From: Eledone cirrhosa
Taxonomy: Eukaryota
Assembly: GCA_964016885.1 (NCBI GenBank)
Contig: OZ024740.1
Coordinates: forward strand, 282,038,001-282,102,000
Reading direction: 5' to 3'
Length of the DNA: 64,000 bases
In this document: positions 38,115-51,981 of the stretch, piece by piece
Position numbering within the stretch: the first letter of the stretch is position 1
Layout: each line of letters opens with the position of its first letter
The notes under the pieces: generated by a model
The model's database searches: none
Seen by the model: only the letters and a program-made list of their open reading frames with translations
Told to the model about the DNA's origin: nothing
Program-made: the position numbers and the translations under genes

Positions 38115-39301
38115 CGTATATATATATATATACGTACATACACAGCTCAAACTGTGAGTGAATCCCTTCATCTATTGACGAATAGAAATAACAATCATTT
38201 TGGCATCTTCCAACTGTTTCCATCATTTTAGTGCTGTCGCGCGGAATTGTTTCTTCTAAACAATATCCAGGCTATGTTGAGCTACATAGTAGAACGCTTT
38301 TCATTCCCGCCATCCATGCAGCCATTTCATTAAATCAGCGATAGCTGCAAGCAACCAATGATTAAAACCTACTTTCTGAGGATGTATTTTAACACCAAGA
38401 TATTTTGTATCCATAACTCTGCCATATTCATAATAAAATGTTCTCTGCTTCTAAATTTAGAAATCCGCTGCTCTGTTATTCTTTGCAAATTCAATGTCAT
38501 CCGAACGGAAAGAACATCTTGTGTAAATACAGAATCTCATTAAATCGCATTTCTACTGGAAGTACTGTACATTGCCACCATCGTGCGTTACATGCTATCC
38601 TGAGTTCATTTACCAGTAATACACTGGGATAGTTGCTGGCCTTGTGCCAAAAGTAGAAACAATTATATTAACAACCGTCTTCCGCGTGTCCAGTCCCAAT
38701 TGTCTTTCTTAGTTACAATCACATCCATATTTTGCCAAATCATATAATATCACAAAGACTAGATGGTGCTTTGTTATCGCACTTACTATTTGCATCATTT
38801 AGAAAGCTGGGATTTGGCTTTCATTTGCTTACGTTCTTGTTTATCTTAACTTTACCTTGCTTGTGAGTAACTTACTCATTTAGCAGCTTTGTCACAATTT
38901 TCACATTGAGGCGATTCTATTTCTCTTTTTTGTTTTCCTTCTTTATTTCCTTCTTGCACGCCACTTTAAACATTGATTTCCTAACTTCATTGCTTTTATT
39001 GCTTGCATACTTATTTCCCCAATATGGCGAATTCATCTGGTCTCGAATTCTTGCCTGCCGCTATTGAGTTGGCAAGATATTAATTTGTTTTCTATCCATC
39101 ATAGTCCTGTTCATATGTTCTGTACATTTTCAATGAACTCTTCAATTCCCATATTAACCACTGTCTCATACGCCTTTTTTCGCATTTCATTTTCTTTCTC
39201 CAAAAACTCTTAACACTACAAACTGTGTTACCGAATGAATGTAATAAAATGTAAACAGCTACGATTTTCTTTAAATTTATGAATGATAAGTTTGAATAAT
39301 A

Positions 39302-39850
<549 letters not shown>

Positions 39851-40199
39851 AATAATAATAATAATAACAATAATAATAATAATAATGATTTCTTTATTGG
39901 CCACAAGGGCTGATATAAAGAAAAGCATTACAGACGGCACAGGAGGGTACATGATGGTACAGGACGGTACGATGTGGGTTTTGTGCGTGTAAATATTTTT
40001 ATTACTTATATAAGAAACGAAAAAGAAAAACGACATAGAAACATATATATTTATATAAACAATAAGAATGAAAATTCAAACAATGAAAAATTCCCCAATA
40101 GGGGAGAAACCTCTGAGTGTTACTCGTGGCGAGAACCGCACAAAAAACCTCGGCTACCCTTGTTACCTGGGCCAGCGCCCTCTCTCAATTTTTTCCCAT

Positions 40200-43100
40200 T
40201 CCTCAAACTACAAGCGTATATTCAGAGCAGTCCCGTTCACTCGGACCATTCTCGCTACATTCACCTACCTTTCAACAAACTTGCTAGAAATAAGCACTTG
40301 CCTCTCCACCCTGATTTTCCTCTTCAAGTGAAACCTAAAACAGTTAATCAGGGATTCGCCGAAGAGGAAAGTGTCTGTCTTTAACCCTTTCAACCTTGTC
40401 CACCACACAATCTCTTTCGTCATGGCCACCAGGCAGATGAAAACAGCCTGCCCTTCCTCCTCGAAGGAAGACAGCGAGACCATCTGCACAATGGACTCAG
40501 TCGATAACTGCGATACACGCGACAGCAACTGTTCGACATAGCTCCACAAGTCAGCAATGCTCGGGTATTGAACGAGTGCGTGCACGACGGTTTAGTCGCT
40601 CTGTGCGCATCTCGGACAGGCTCGGCTGACGGCACTTTCGTGCCTGAAGAGCTTATCTCGAACCGGCAAAGCTCCCTGGTAGCACTGCCAGGCCAGAGAT
40701 TTTTCTTAATTATCCATAGGCCCTGGGCTGAAAGTTCACCGGAAGAGAGCAAACAGCTGATTATCTTCGACGCCCAGGATCTCTCCGAGAACGTCGTCGC
40801 TCTTCCCCTCCACTAGTCCTCTATAGAATTCTGAGGTGGATGTTCCACCGATACTGGTGACCAACTGGGAGAGGGCAGTGTGCGCCTGGAGACATTCCAG
40901 TTTCCAAGCGCTATCCCTCGGTCTTTTTCTGACCCAGGACTGCAGCTCCGTCAAGGAGACGAGCTGTGGGAAAACGTGCCTGGCGAACGGCGACCGCATC
41001 CGTTCACCATCAAGGAAGCACCAGAGATGTCGCAGCCTCAGCGCATGTTTGCGCATCATCAGCCATGGCATGTCCAGTCCTCCACGCAACGGGTGTTGAC
41101 AGCAGATGGATCGTCAGACCATGGGAGCGCGTCCCTTCCACAAAAAGCGGAAGAGGAGGCGCTCCATTTTGATGAGAGTTGGGCTGGAGCAAGGGACGAC
41201 GGTGAGGCGGTAGCAGATGACGGATGCGATGTACGCATTCGCCACTTCCGCCCGGCCTTTCAGGGACAGCTTCCTCTCAGCCCATTTCGGGTGAGGGAGG
41301 CCACCCTGCTCGTCACCTCGTTCCAGTTTTTCTCCATATGGAGGTCCGGTCCGAACCAGACCCCAAGCAATTTAACCGTTCCGTTCAGCGCCCCACGACG
41401 CTGTCGGACGGCATGGACTTTCCACTCCAGGTGCCGAGCTGCAAGCCCACCGACTTTTCCTGGTTTATCTTTGCTCCTGTCACCGCTTCGTATTCCTTGA
41501 GAGCAGTGCCGAGCATCTGAACGTGTCTGGTGCTCGACACCACCACGGTGACGTCGTCAGCGTAAGTCGACTCGGATTTTCCGCATCCTAGTTCGCGTTG
41601 GACACCCCTCATCGCCCCCTGTTTGTGCAGTAACGGCTCGAGAGCCAATACGTACAAGAGGGACGAGAGGGGACAACCCTGTCGGACTGAGCGCATGATG
41701 CTGAACGGCTGCGACAGGTGACCGTTCACCCTCACAACTGAGAAGATGTCGCTGTACATTACTGCGATCCAACTCCTGAAAACGGGCTCGAACCAGCTTC
41801 GTCGAGGACCGCCGCCCGGTACCGATGGTCGACCCTATCGAATGCTTTGGATTGATCCAAGTTGATCAAGGCCTCACTCTTGCCAGGTTCCTTAACCGCC
41901 CTCTCTATGATGTATCGCATGAGGTGGAGGTTGTCGTGTATGCATCTCTCCGGAATGGCGCATGTCTGCGCCTCTCCCACCAGACCCTTGACGACAAGCG
42001 CCAACCTAGTTGCTAACACCTTGGCCAAAATCTTGAACTCTGCGTTTAGCAGGGTTATGGGCCTGAAATTATCGATAACATCCCCCTTGTTCGGGTCTTT
42101 TCTCAGCAGCGCCACTGCTCCCCGGCTCATAAAACTGGGAATGCTCCCGTTCTGCTGGCAGTTGCAGTAGACGTCTGCCAAGAGGTCACCGAACAGTCTG
42201 GCATAAATGCATAACGCTCGTAGGGCAGACCTGGCGATTTACCCCTTGTGCAGTTAGCCATCACTTCCCGTATTTCACCGGCTGTTATTGGCTTTTCGCA
42301 ACACTGTGCTGCGGTCGTCGAGAGCCGAGGCAGTCCGTCGAGGTATGCACTGAAGCCCATGCCCCGATCCGGACCGCCGCCGCTCCCGAACAGTTCAGCA
42401 AAGTGCTGCTGAAAAGCTTCACACATCCGCTCGGCTTCGAGCATCACGCACCCGTTTTGGTCAGACAAAGACCGAATTGTAACTTTGTTTCCACGTCGCG
42501 TCTCTGCCAACCGGGCCATTGGACGGCTTTTGTCCCCTCGTGTTTCAGAGCACGCGCTCTAGCTCTGACAACGCAGCCTTCGTGTTTTGCGTTGAAGAAT
42601 TGGTCGAGTGCCAATCTTACCGCAAGCACGTCGGTTGCGATGCCTGTCCTAAACGCCTCTTCTAGCTTTCTGACTAGCTCTCCCTCTACTCTATTTTCCT
42701 CTATCACTACTCCTTTGCTAAACCTAATCGACTCTACTTTAATTGCCCTTTTCAGGGCGCACCACCACCTGTTGTTGACGACCGCTCCCGTCAACACCCG
42801 CTTAACTAATCCGCTAATCCGGTCTCTGTAGGCTTTGCGCGCCGGGAAAGACGCGTTCAGCTTCCAGTAACCAGGCCCTTGTCTATGAAGTCTGTCTATG
42901 TCGATCTCACAGATCACAAATTTGTGGTCTGTGTAGTCGACTATTTTAAATTGTGGACAACTTATACTAGCCTTATCTAGTTCTCCGCAGAATACCCTAT
43001 CGAGATACGATCTGAATGACCCGATGCGGTTTGTCCATGTCCACATTGGCACATTCGGGTGATACAGTCGATACCTTTCAGACAGTTCAAAACGTATGAG

Positions 43101-43604
43101 CAGGTTGATGAGGCTCTTGCACCCTCCTCCCCTATCCACTTGTCCCACACGATCCCAGCGTGCATCCAAGATACCGTTCCAGTCGCCCACTAACACTAAA
43201 GAGCGGGACGTTCCAAGAAAGGTCTCTAGACGTCTGAAGAAATCTGGCCGTCCTGCCCCTGTTGGGGCGTAGACGGCTACTAGCCTGAAAGCATTGCCTT
43301 CGCTGCCGGTCACGTCCAGCACCACCGACTTACCTTCTGGGTCTAGGAAGATGGCTCGTATGGCGAGACCCAAGCCTCTCCGAAAAAGGACGGCAACCCC
43401 TCCCCCCGATCCTGGACGGCTGGGAGATGCGTATACATCGTAGCCGCCGAAGATCGGTGCCAAGGCCTGTGCTTCGGAGAATCTGGTTTCACTGATGGCC
43501 ACCACATCTATGTTTAGTGACCTGAGGTCATTGAGCAGGTGACCCTGCTTCCAAGATGACCCCAGGCCACGTGCATTTATACTACCTATTCTGAGTACAG
43601 CCAT
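40200..43604 (-). pseudogene. Tx1 copy A ORF2 (AP endonuclease, reverse transcriptase, CCHC), several frameshifts
   Basis: GSINARG, ISET, GDWN, TDHK; FRPITLLN, LDQSKAFDRVDH, VRQGCPLS, YADD; split over many ORFs. Confidence 0.92.
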
Positions 43605-43636
43605 GCTGGATGAGAAACGGGGCAAGTGAGAAAGGG

Positions 43637-45725
43637 TCACTTACCTTGTTCGTGTGGTGAAGGGACAGTAGAACCGGCCATTTCGCTGGTCATGGGTGTT
43701 TCCAAGAGGATGTCAGTGTATATCCTCTTGGTAACCGTCCCTCTGAAGTCTCCAACTGCGTTGGGGAATTTTTGTTTTAAAGGTTTGTACTGTTCTAATG
43801 AGATTTCGATGATGCTTATGTTTGTCGGGAGAGTTCTTGGTGTTGATGGGGTGTAGTAGTTTTTATCTGTGATGTCTGTGTGCTGCTTTATATATAGTAA
43901 GAGTTCTTTTTTTGCCACGTTTATGGCTGTGTACTTTTTTGGGGGAGGGGTGATTTTGTTGCTGTTTTCTTCTTGTTGCTGTTGGGTGTGTGTGTCTTGT
44001 TGTGTTTGCGTTGTTGGTGTTTGTGGTGGTGATGGTGTGGTGTTGCTGCAAGTTTCCTTGCTGCCTTTACCCCTCTTTTTATGCCTTCGCTTTTGGAGGG
44101 TGAATCTAAGGGTTTTTTTGTTTTTTGCTTTTTGTGGCAGACCGTTTGCCACTTCACTCCCGCCTCAAACTCCATGTCGGATTCTGTGGCGTCTGGGAGG
44201 GGTATGTGTATCACGGCTGTTGGTGGTGGTAGTGGAGCCCTCTTCGGCAATTTTGTTGCTGGTGTAGCTACTTCAAATGTAGTTATTGGTGTTGCCGCCG
44301 CTTCTGATGATGCTGCTTTAGTTATCCGTGGCATTGGTACGGGTGCTACGGACGTTGCCCTCCTACTCACCGTGGAAGGGGCTTCTTCGTTTGTTGCCTG
44401 CCCTGCTCTTGTTAGCAGTGGACCAGGTATTGGAAGGAGAGAGGCCTTCTTCGCTGTCTTCTGCGGGCAAAATGCCCTGAGGGGACCCTTCGACCCACAG
44501 AGATAACATTTTGGCCGTCTTCCTTCTACACTTATAGGGAGTTGGAGTCCTTCCTCGATGTCTATGATATCGGGGATAGCGTCGATACTTTCCTGGTCAG
44601 TTTGTATAAGCATTTGCATGCCTATACCTGACCAGTTCTCTCTCCCTATTTTTTCTACTTGCAGCATGGTCGCCCTGTTCTCGATTCCAGCAAGGACAGA
44701 CGTGGCCAGCCAATGTATGGGCACGTCGGGTGGGACCTGGGTCACTTTGACCCTCACAATTTTCTGCCCGCAGTAGGAAGGCACCAAGACTATCTCCTCA
44801 CTCTTTAGGATTTCCAAAGAGTGAGACTTTGCTTCCTGGGGAGTGGCGAAAAGTACGTCTACTGTGGCGTACTTTCTGCCTCGGGTGATGTGGGTTTCGC
44901 GTGCCCAGACGCACACCAAGGCCTTTTGGATTTGAGCCTCCGTGGCTCTCTCCACTCGATGTGAGATTTTGCTTACGGTGCGGTAAGTCACCGTCCGTAG
45001 CTGCTGGTCCTTGAAAAAATCGGGTGGAGGTTTCAGGGAAACTCTATTTGCGCTTCTTGTCACCATGGCCCTTGCGACTGCCATCTCCTCCTCTGTGACT
45101 AACACTGTCTCGATATTTGGGGCGACACCTGCAAAAGAAGTCGTCCCTTTTTCAGCAGCACCACTATTGCTGCCGCTACTGGTCTTACTGGTGGTGCTGA
45201 GGTCGCTATTACAGGTATCGATGTCATTGTTGATGTTTTCGCTGGTACAGTTGTTGGTGTTGTTGCTGTTGTTTTCGTTGATACTGTTGCTGTTGTTACT
45301 GTTATTGTGGCTGTTGTTATTATTGTTGTTTTTGTTGATACTGTTCCTACTATTATTGTTGTTGTGGCTGTTGTTATTGTCATTGTTATTGTCGTTCTCG
45401 ACCATACCACTGTTATTTTTGTTATTGTCGTTCTCGACTTTACCGCTGTTATTTTTGTTATTGTCGTTCTCGACTTTACCGCTGTTATTTTTGCTGTTGC
45501 TGTTGTTATTGATGGTGTTGTTGTTGGGGTTGTTGTTGGTGTTATTGTTGGTGTTTTTTGTGTTAGAAATATTTGTTAATTTTAAATCTGTAACAATCTT
45601 TTTTTCCTTTGTAATATTTTCGTTTATACTTACCCCCGCTGGAACGCTGTCCTGTTGACATGCTGATAAAGTCTCACTCTCTCTGTGTTGTCTGACAGCG
45701 CTCTCTCTCTTTCTTGTATTATCCA
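43637..45725 (-). pseudogene. Tx1 copy A ORF1 (poly-Asn N-terminus, zinc knuckle), one frameshift
   Basis: ORFs 43921-45759 and 43637-44152; CYLCGSKGPLRAFC knuckle (His replaced by Pro relative to copy B). Confidence 0.85.
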
Positions 45726-46187
45726 TGTTGAAATTTTTCAAAAAAATATTTTTACACACATACGATTACTAGTGAACCCCTGTATTAGGTGGGTCATTTC
45801 TTCTAAACTTTTATCAAATTTAAAACTTGAATAAAAGGTTTAGAACGGTTGAAAACGAGGTAAAACGTTGAAAAAATCTGGAGGCGATAAGAAGCGTGGC
45901 TTCACCAACAATAATAATAATAAGAATAATAATAATGATTTCTTTATTAACCACAAGGGTTTACATAAAGTAGACATTAAGGACAGTGCAGGACAATGCA
46001 GGACGGTACAAATGGGCATTTCTGCGTGTAAAAAACAAAAACAGAGGATGTAACAAAAAATAACAATGAAAAATTCCCCAATAGGGGGGGAGACTTCGGA
46101 GGGACATTTGTGGAGAAAGCCCAGTAAAAAGCCACAATGACCCTGACCACCAAGGCAAGTGCCCTCTCCCAGTTTTCCACCTTTAAT

Positions 46188-49100
46188 TTACAGATATATG
46201 CTCAGAGTAGGCCCATTCACTCGGGCCATTCTTGCTTCTCTCACCCATCTTTCAACAAAATGCTGGGAAGAGAGCACTTCCCTCTCTACTCTGATTTTCC
46301 TTTTCAAATGAAATTTGAAAAAATCATTCAGAGCATCACCGAAGAGGTAAGTGCTCGTCTTCAGCCCTTTCAAACGTGTCCACCATACTATCTCTTTCGC
46401 CATGGCCACCAGGCAGATAAAAATTGCCTGCCCTTCCCGGCTAAAGGAGGAGGGCGGGGCAATCCTCACGATGGACTCAGATGATAGCCGGATCCGTCCT
46501 AAACGCGACAGCAGGTGTTCGACATAAACCCACAAGTCAGCAATTTTCGGACACTGGACGAGTGCGTGCAGGACGGTTTCGTCGCCCTGCGCGCATCTCG
46601 GACATGCCCGGCTGACGGCACCTCCATGCCTGTAGAGTTTATCCCGAACTGGCAAGGCTCCTCGGCAGCACTGCCAGGCCAGAGATTTCTGGAAGTTGTC
46701 CATAGGCCCTGGCCCGAAAGTTCTTCCGAAGAGATTGGCTAGTTGATTTTCGTCGATGCCTAGAGTTTCCCCAAGTACGTCGTCGCTCTTCCCCTCCACT
46801 AATCCTCTATAGAACGCCGAGGTGGAGTTTCCACCGATCACATTGCCCGATTGGTCGAGGGCTGTGAGCGCCTGAAGACATTCCAGTCTCCAGGCGCTCC
46901 CTCTCGGTCTTCGCTTGACCCAGGACTGCAGCTCCGTCAAGGAAACGAGCTGGGGAAACACGCGTCTAGCAAACGGCGACCACACCTGATCACCGTCGAG
47001 GAAGAGGTGGAGATGTCGTAGCCTGAGCGCGTGCCTGCGCATCATCAGCCACGGCATGCCCAGCCCTCCACGTAGCGGGTGTTGACAACAGATGGACCGC
47101 CTGACCATCGGAGCGCGTCCCTTCCACAAAAAGCGAAAGAGCAAACGCTCCAGCACAGTCAGGCGAGGCTTAGGACAAGGTACGACGGTCAGGCGGTAGC
47201 AGATGACGGACGCGATGTACGCGTTAGCCACCTCCGCTCGACCTTTCAGGGATAGCTTCCTCTCGGCCCATTTCTGGGTGAGAGAAGCCACCCTGCTCGT
47301 CACCTCGTCCCAGTTTTTGTCCGTCTGGAGGTCCGGACCGAACCAGACCCCTAGCAATTTAACCGGTCCGTCCGTCCAGCGTCCGACGACGCTGTTGGAC
47401 GGCATGGACCTGCCTCTCCAGGTGCCGAGCTGCAGGCCCACTGACTTTTCCTGGTTGATCATTGCTCCTGTCACCGCTTCGTATTCTCTTAGTGTAGTGC
47501 CGATCGCCTCGATGTGTTTGGCGTTCGACACCACTACGGTGACATCGTCCGCATATGCTGATACGGATCTTCCGCATCCTAGTTCGCGCGGGACCTCCCT
47601 CAACGTCTCCAGTTTGTGCAGTAATGGCTCGAGAGTCAATACGTACAAGAGGGACGAGAGGGGACATCCTTGGCGGACCGAGCGCATGATGTTGAACGGT
47701 TCCGACAGGTGACCGTTCACTCTCACCACAGAGCAGATGTCGCTGTGCATGGCAGCGATCCAGCCTCTGAAGACGGGCCCAAAGCCAGCCGCCCTCAGGA
47801 CTGCCGCTAGGTAACGATGGTCGACCCTATCGAAAGCTTTCGACTGATCTAAATTGATCAAGGACCCACCCGTGCCAGGTTCCCTAGCTACCCTCTCTAC
47901 GATGTATCGCATGAGGTGGAGGTTGTCGTGGATGGATCTGTCGGGAATGGCGCATGTCTACGCCTCTCCCACCAGACCAGCAACGACAAGCGCCAACCTC
48001 TTTGCTAGCTCCTTGGCCAAAATCTTGAACTCTGTGTTTAGCAGAGTTATGGGCCTGAAATTATCTATGTTATCCCCCTTGTTCGGATCCTTTCTCAGCA
48101 GTGCCACCGCTCCTCGGCTCACAGAACTGGGAATTCTCCCGTTATGTTGCCAGTTGCAGTAGACGTCCGCCAAGAGGCCTCCGAACAAGTCTGGCATCTG
48201 TACGTAAAGTTCATAGGGCAGACCATCCAAACCAGGCGATTTACCCCTTGTGCAGCCAGTCATTGCCTTCCGTACTTCAGCGGCTGTTATCGGCTTTTCG
48301 CAACACTCCGCCTCAGTGGCCGAGAGCCGCGGCAGTTCGTCTAGGTAGACACTAAAGTCCATCCCTCGACCCGGCCCACCGCTGCCCCCGAACGGCTGAG
48401 CGAAGTGTCGCTGAAAAGCTTCACACATTTGCCCGGGATCGAGTAGCATGCGCCCGTCGTGGTCCACCAAAGACCGGATCGTGGATTTGTTGCCACGACG
48501 TGCCTCCGCCACTCGGGCCCATTGAACGGCTTTCGTCCCCTCGTGTCTGAGAGCACGCACCCTAGCTCTGACAACGCAGCCTTCGTGCTTTGCATTGAAG
48601 AATTGGTCAAGGGCCAATTTCGCCGCAAGCACGTCGGTCGCAATGCCTTTGCTAAGCGCCTCGTCTAATTTTCTAACTCGTTCTCCCTCTGCTCTATTTT
48701 TCTCTATTGCTAAAGCCTTACTAAACCTAATCGATTCTATTCTAATCGCTCTTTTCAGAGCAAACCACCACTTGTTGTTGACGATGGCACCCGTCAACGC
48801 CCGCTTAACTAGTTCGCTAATCCGGTCTCTGTAGGCCTTGCGCGCTGGTAAGGACGCGTTTAGCTTCCAGAAGCCGGGTCCTCGTCTATGAAGCCTATCT
48901 AAGTCAAGCACACAGATCACGAATTTGTGGTCCGTGTAGCTGACTATCTTGAATTGTGGACAGCCTATGCTTGACCTATCTATTTCCCTACAAAATACTC
49001 CATCTAGATATGATCTGGATGACCCTATGCGATTTGTCCAAGTCCACATTGGCACATTCGGGAAATCCAATCGGTACCTGTCAGACAGTTCAAAACGCCT

Positions 49101-49607
49101 GAGCAGGTTGGTGAGGCTCTTGCACCCTCCACCCCTATCCGCTAATCCCACACAGTCCCAGCGTGCATCTAAGATCCCGTTCAAGTCGCCCACTAACACT
49201 AAAGAGCGGGACGTTCCAAGAAAGGTCTCCAGACGCCGGAAGAAATCAGGCCGACCTGCTCCTGTCGGGGCATAGACAGCCACTAGCCTGAAAGCTTGCC
49301 CGTCTCCGCTGGTCATCTCCAGCACCACCAACTTCCCTCTGGGTCCAGGAAGATGGCCCGTATGGCGAGATCCAAATCTCTCTGAAAAAGCGCAGCAACT
49401 CCTCCCCCCCGATCCAGGACGGCTGGGAGATGCGTACACATCGTAGCCGCCGAAGATCGGTGCGAAGGCCCGTGCTTCGGAGATTCTGGTCTCGCTGATG
49501 GCCACTACATCTATGTTTAGTGACCTGAGGTCGTTGAGCAGGTGAACCTGCTTCCATGACGACCCCAAGCCACGCGCATTTATGCTGCCTATTCTGAGTG
49601 AGGTCAT
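46188..49607 (-). pseudogene. Tx1 copy B ORF2, 1139 codons with one internal TAG (47958-47960) and a compensating frameshift pair
   Basis: ORFs 47958-49607 and 46188-47912 share a frame; copy A has CAG at the stop position; APE, RT (YADD) and CPRC...H...C motifs. Confidence 0.93.
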
Positions 49608-49642
49608 GTTTAAAATAGAGTGGAAAAGATGGGAAAGACCAC

Positions 49643-51750
49643 TTACCGTACTTTTCGTAGACGAGGGATGGTTTTTACATCCCTTTTCACTTGATCGTCT
49701 GGTGAAGGGACCGTTGAATCGTCCCTTCGGCTGGTCGTCGGCTCTTCTATGAGTATGTCCGAATATACTCTTCGGTTGAGAGTCCCTCCTAGGTCTCTGA
49801 AATCACCAACTGCGTTGGGGAATTTCGTTTTAATGTTTGTGTATTGTTTCTGTGCTATTTTTAGCAGACTTATGTTAGTTGGCGTTTTGATTGGTGCTGG
49901 TATTATGTAGTCGTGTTGTGAAATGTCTGTGTGTTCAATTATGTAAGTTATTAGTTTCTTGTTGTGTGAATTTATTGCCGTGCATTTGTTTTTCTTGTCG
50001 TTGTTGCTGGGTGTGTGTGTTTTGTTGTTGTGTTTGCGATGTTGGTGCTTATGGTGGTGGTGTTGAAGGTGTTGTTGTTGTTGGCGGTGGGGTTGTCGCC
50101 GGTGGTGATGGTGGTGCTAGTGTGGGTGGTAATGGTGTTGGTGGTGTTGCTGCTGTGAGTCTCTTTGCATTACCCTTTTTTCATTTCTTTCCTCCCTTTT
50201 CGAAGGCGACGATGCGCTGCTTCTGTGTTTGTGCCTTCTTACGACCTTTTGCCATCCCTCTCCCACCTCACACTCCATGTCTGATTCTGTGAGGTCGGGG
50301 AGGGGTACCAGCTCCACTCTTTCACTTGTTGTTGGTGATGTTTGCACTGGAGTCTCTGTTGCAGCTGCATTTGGTATTGCTGTTGTTGTTGTTAATACTT
50401 CCACTGCTGCTGCTGTTTTTGATTTCCGTGGCGTGGGTTTGGGTGCCACGGACCTATCGTTCCTGGTTGCCGCTTGCCCTGTTGCTGGTAGCCGTGGAGC
50501 CGGTTTCGGAAGGAGGGGGGTTTTCTCCTTTCTCAGGGTCTTCTCGTTGCAGAAGGCCCTGAGGTGAGTCTTCGATCCACAGCGAAAGCATTTCGGGCGT
50601 TTGCCCTCAACACTTATGGGCAGTTGAGTGCCGTTATCGAAGTCTATCACATCCGGGATAGCTTCGATGCACTCCTGGTTGGTTTGGATTAACATCTCAA
50701 TGGAGGTGCCGACCCAATCTTCTTTTACTTTTTTCTGTACTTGCAGTGCAGTTGTTTTGTCCTCGATTCCGACGAGGACAGACGCGGCCAGCCAAGAAGG
50801 GGCCATCCCGGGGACGGGGGGTGGCGGTCGACGTGGGTCAGTTTGACCCTCACAATTTTTTGCCCGCAGTAGGAGGGCACCAACACCATTTCCTCGCTCC
50901 TTAGGGTCACTAAGGATTGAGCCTTTGCCTGCTGGGGTGTGGCAAAAAGCACGTCTACGGTGGCATATTTCATGCCTCGGGTGATGTGCGTTTTCCGCTG
51001 CCACACAGACCCCAAGGCTTTTTGTATTTGAGCCTCTGTGGCTCTTTCAACCCTACGGGATTTTGTACTTACTGTACGGTACGTGACCGTACAGTGCTGT
51101 TGGGTTTCGACAAATTTTTCGGCTGCCTTGCAGATTGCTCGGTGTCCGGTTTTTGTCACCATCTTCTTCGCTTCCTCTAATTCCTCATTTCTTATGAGGA
51201 TGGTTTCCAGGTTCTTTGCGATACCTGCAAACGAGATTGGTTTTTCTTTGCTGCTGTTGTTGTTGTTGTCGTCAGAGCTGCTGTTACCTTTGTTGTTGCT
51301 GCAGGTACTACGACTACTGCCGCCGCCGCTGTTGCTGTGGTTGTTGTTGTTGTTGCTGCTGCTGCTGTTGTTGTTGCTGCTAATGCTGTTGTTGTTTATG
51401 CTGCTGCTGATGCTGTTGCGGCTGCTACTGTTGTTTTCCTTGTCACTGTTGCTGCTGCTGCTGTTATTACGGCTGCTACTGCTATTATTCCTGACGTCAG
51501 ACGAATGAAATGGGTTTTCGTATTTCCCGCACACCTCTTTCGTCGTTGTCGTCGTCGTCGTGGAGAAATCTTGCACGCTTTGCACCTGATTTTTCTTTTC
51601 TGGCGTCGCTTGCGAAAGAGAAGGGAGGGAGAAAGACACATTTAGAGAAGGGAGGGAGAGAGACAATCTTCTCTCTGCTGTAGTGACGATTGAGGAAGAA
51701 GACGACGGAAAGAGTGGGAGTGACCTATGAAAATTCTTTTTCGTAGCCAT
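49643..51750 (-). pseudogene. Tx1 copy B ORF1 (Ser/Asn-rich N-terminus, CFRCGSKTHLRAFC knuckle), frameshifted
   Basis: ORFs 50725-51786 and 50117-51004 plus a C-terminal segment homologous to copy A (TAIN...KFPNAVGDFR...YSDILIE). Confidence 0.85.
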
Positions 51751-51981
51751 GTTGTTTTTTTTGTTTAAAATAAATATTGGGCACAAAACCCCAATAAGCG
51801 GTTATTTAACCCCGAAGGGCCAAATAACGGGCAGAAAGACCCCTCTCACGAGGAGGAGGGTCTTTTTGTCTACGAGTTGGTTAAAGTTTTAAACAATTTA
51901 TAATTGTTATAGCGGTCAAAATTTACAATACCTTACAGAGCCGAGCCTCCGTCAACCATAGCATTCAATAATAATAATAAT

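Larger units (their letters stand above)
39884..45909 (-). mobile_element. Full-length L1/Tx1-clade LINE, copy A (disrupted)
   Basis: ORF1 plus ORF2 (APE-RT-zinc finger); 3' end AATAAAGAAATC(ATT)n; bounded by (AAT)n on both sides. Confidence 0.92.
45934..51966 (-). mobile_element. Full-length L1/Tx1-clade LINE, copy B (diverged sister family)
   Basis: Same architecture as copy A; head-to-tail with A through an (AAT)n spacer. Confidence 0.92.

Noticed and set aside
43921-50200. Programmed frameshift in Tx1 ORF1 (both copies change frame in the Pro/Thr-rich region)
   Set aside because: The shift falls after the AATP motif in A but before it in B, and B has additional lesions; these are independent indels.
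51835-51867. Stem-loop followed by a T run resembling an intrinsic terminator
   Set aside because: It lies in the 5' UTR of a eukaryotic LINE on the opposite strand and is not evident in copy A.
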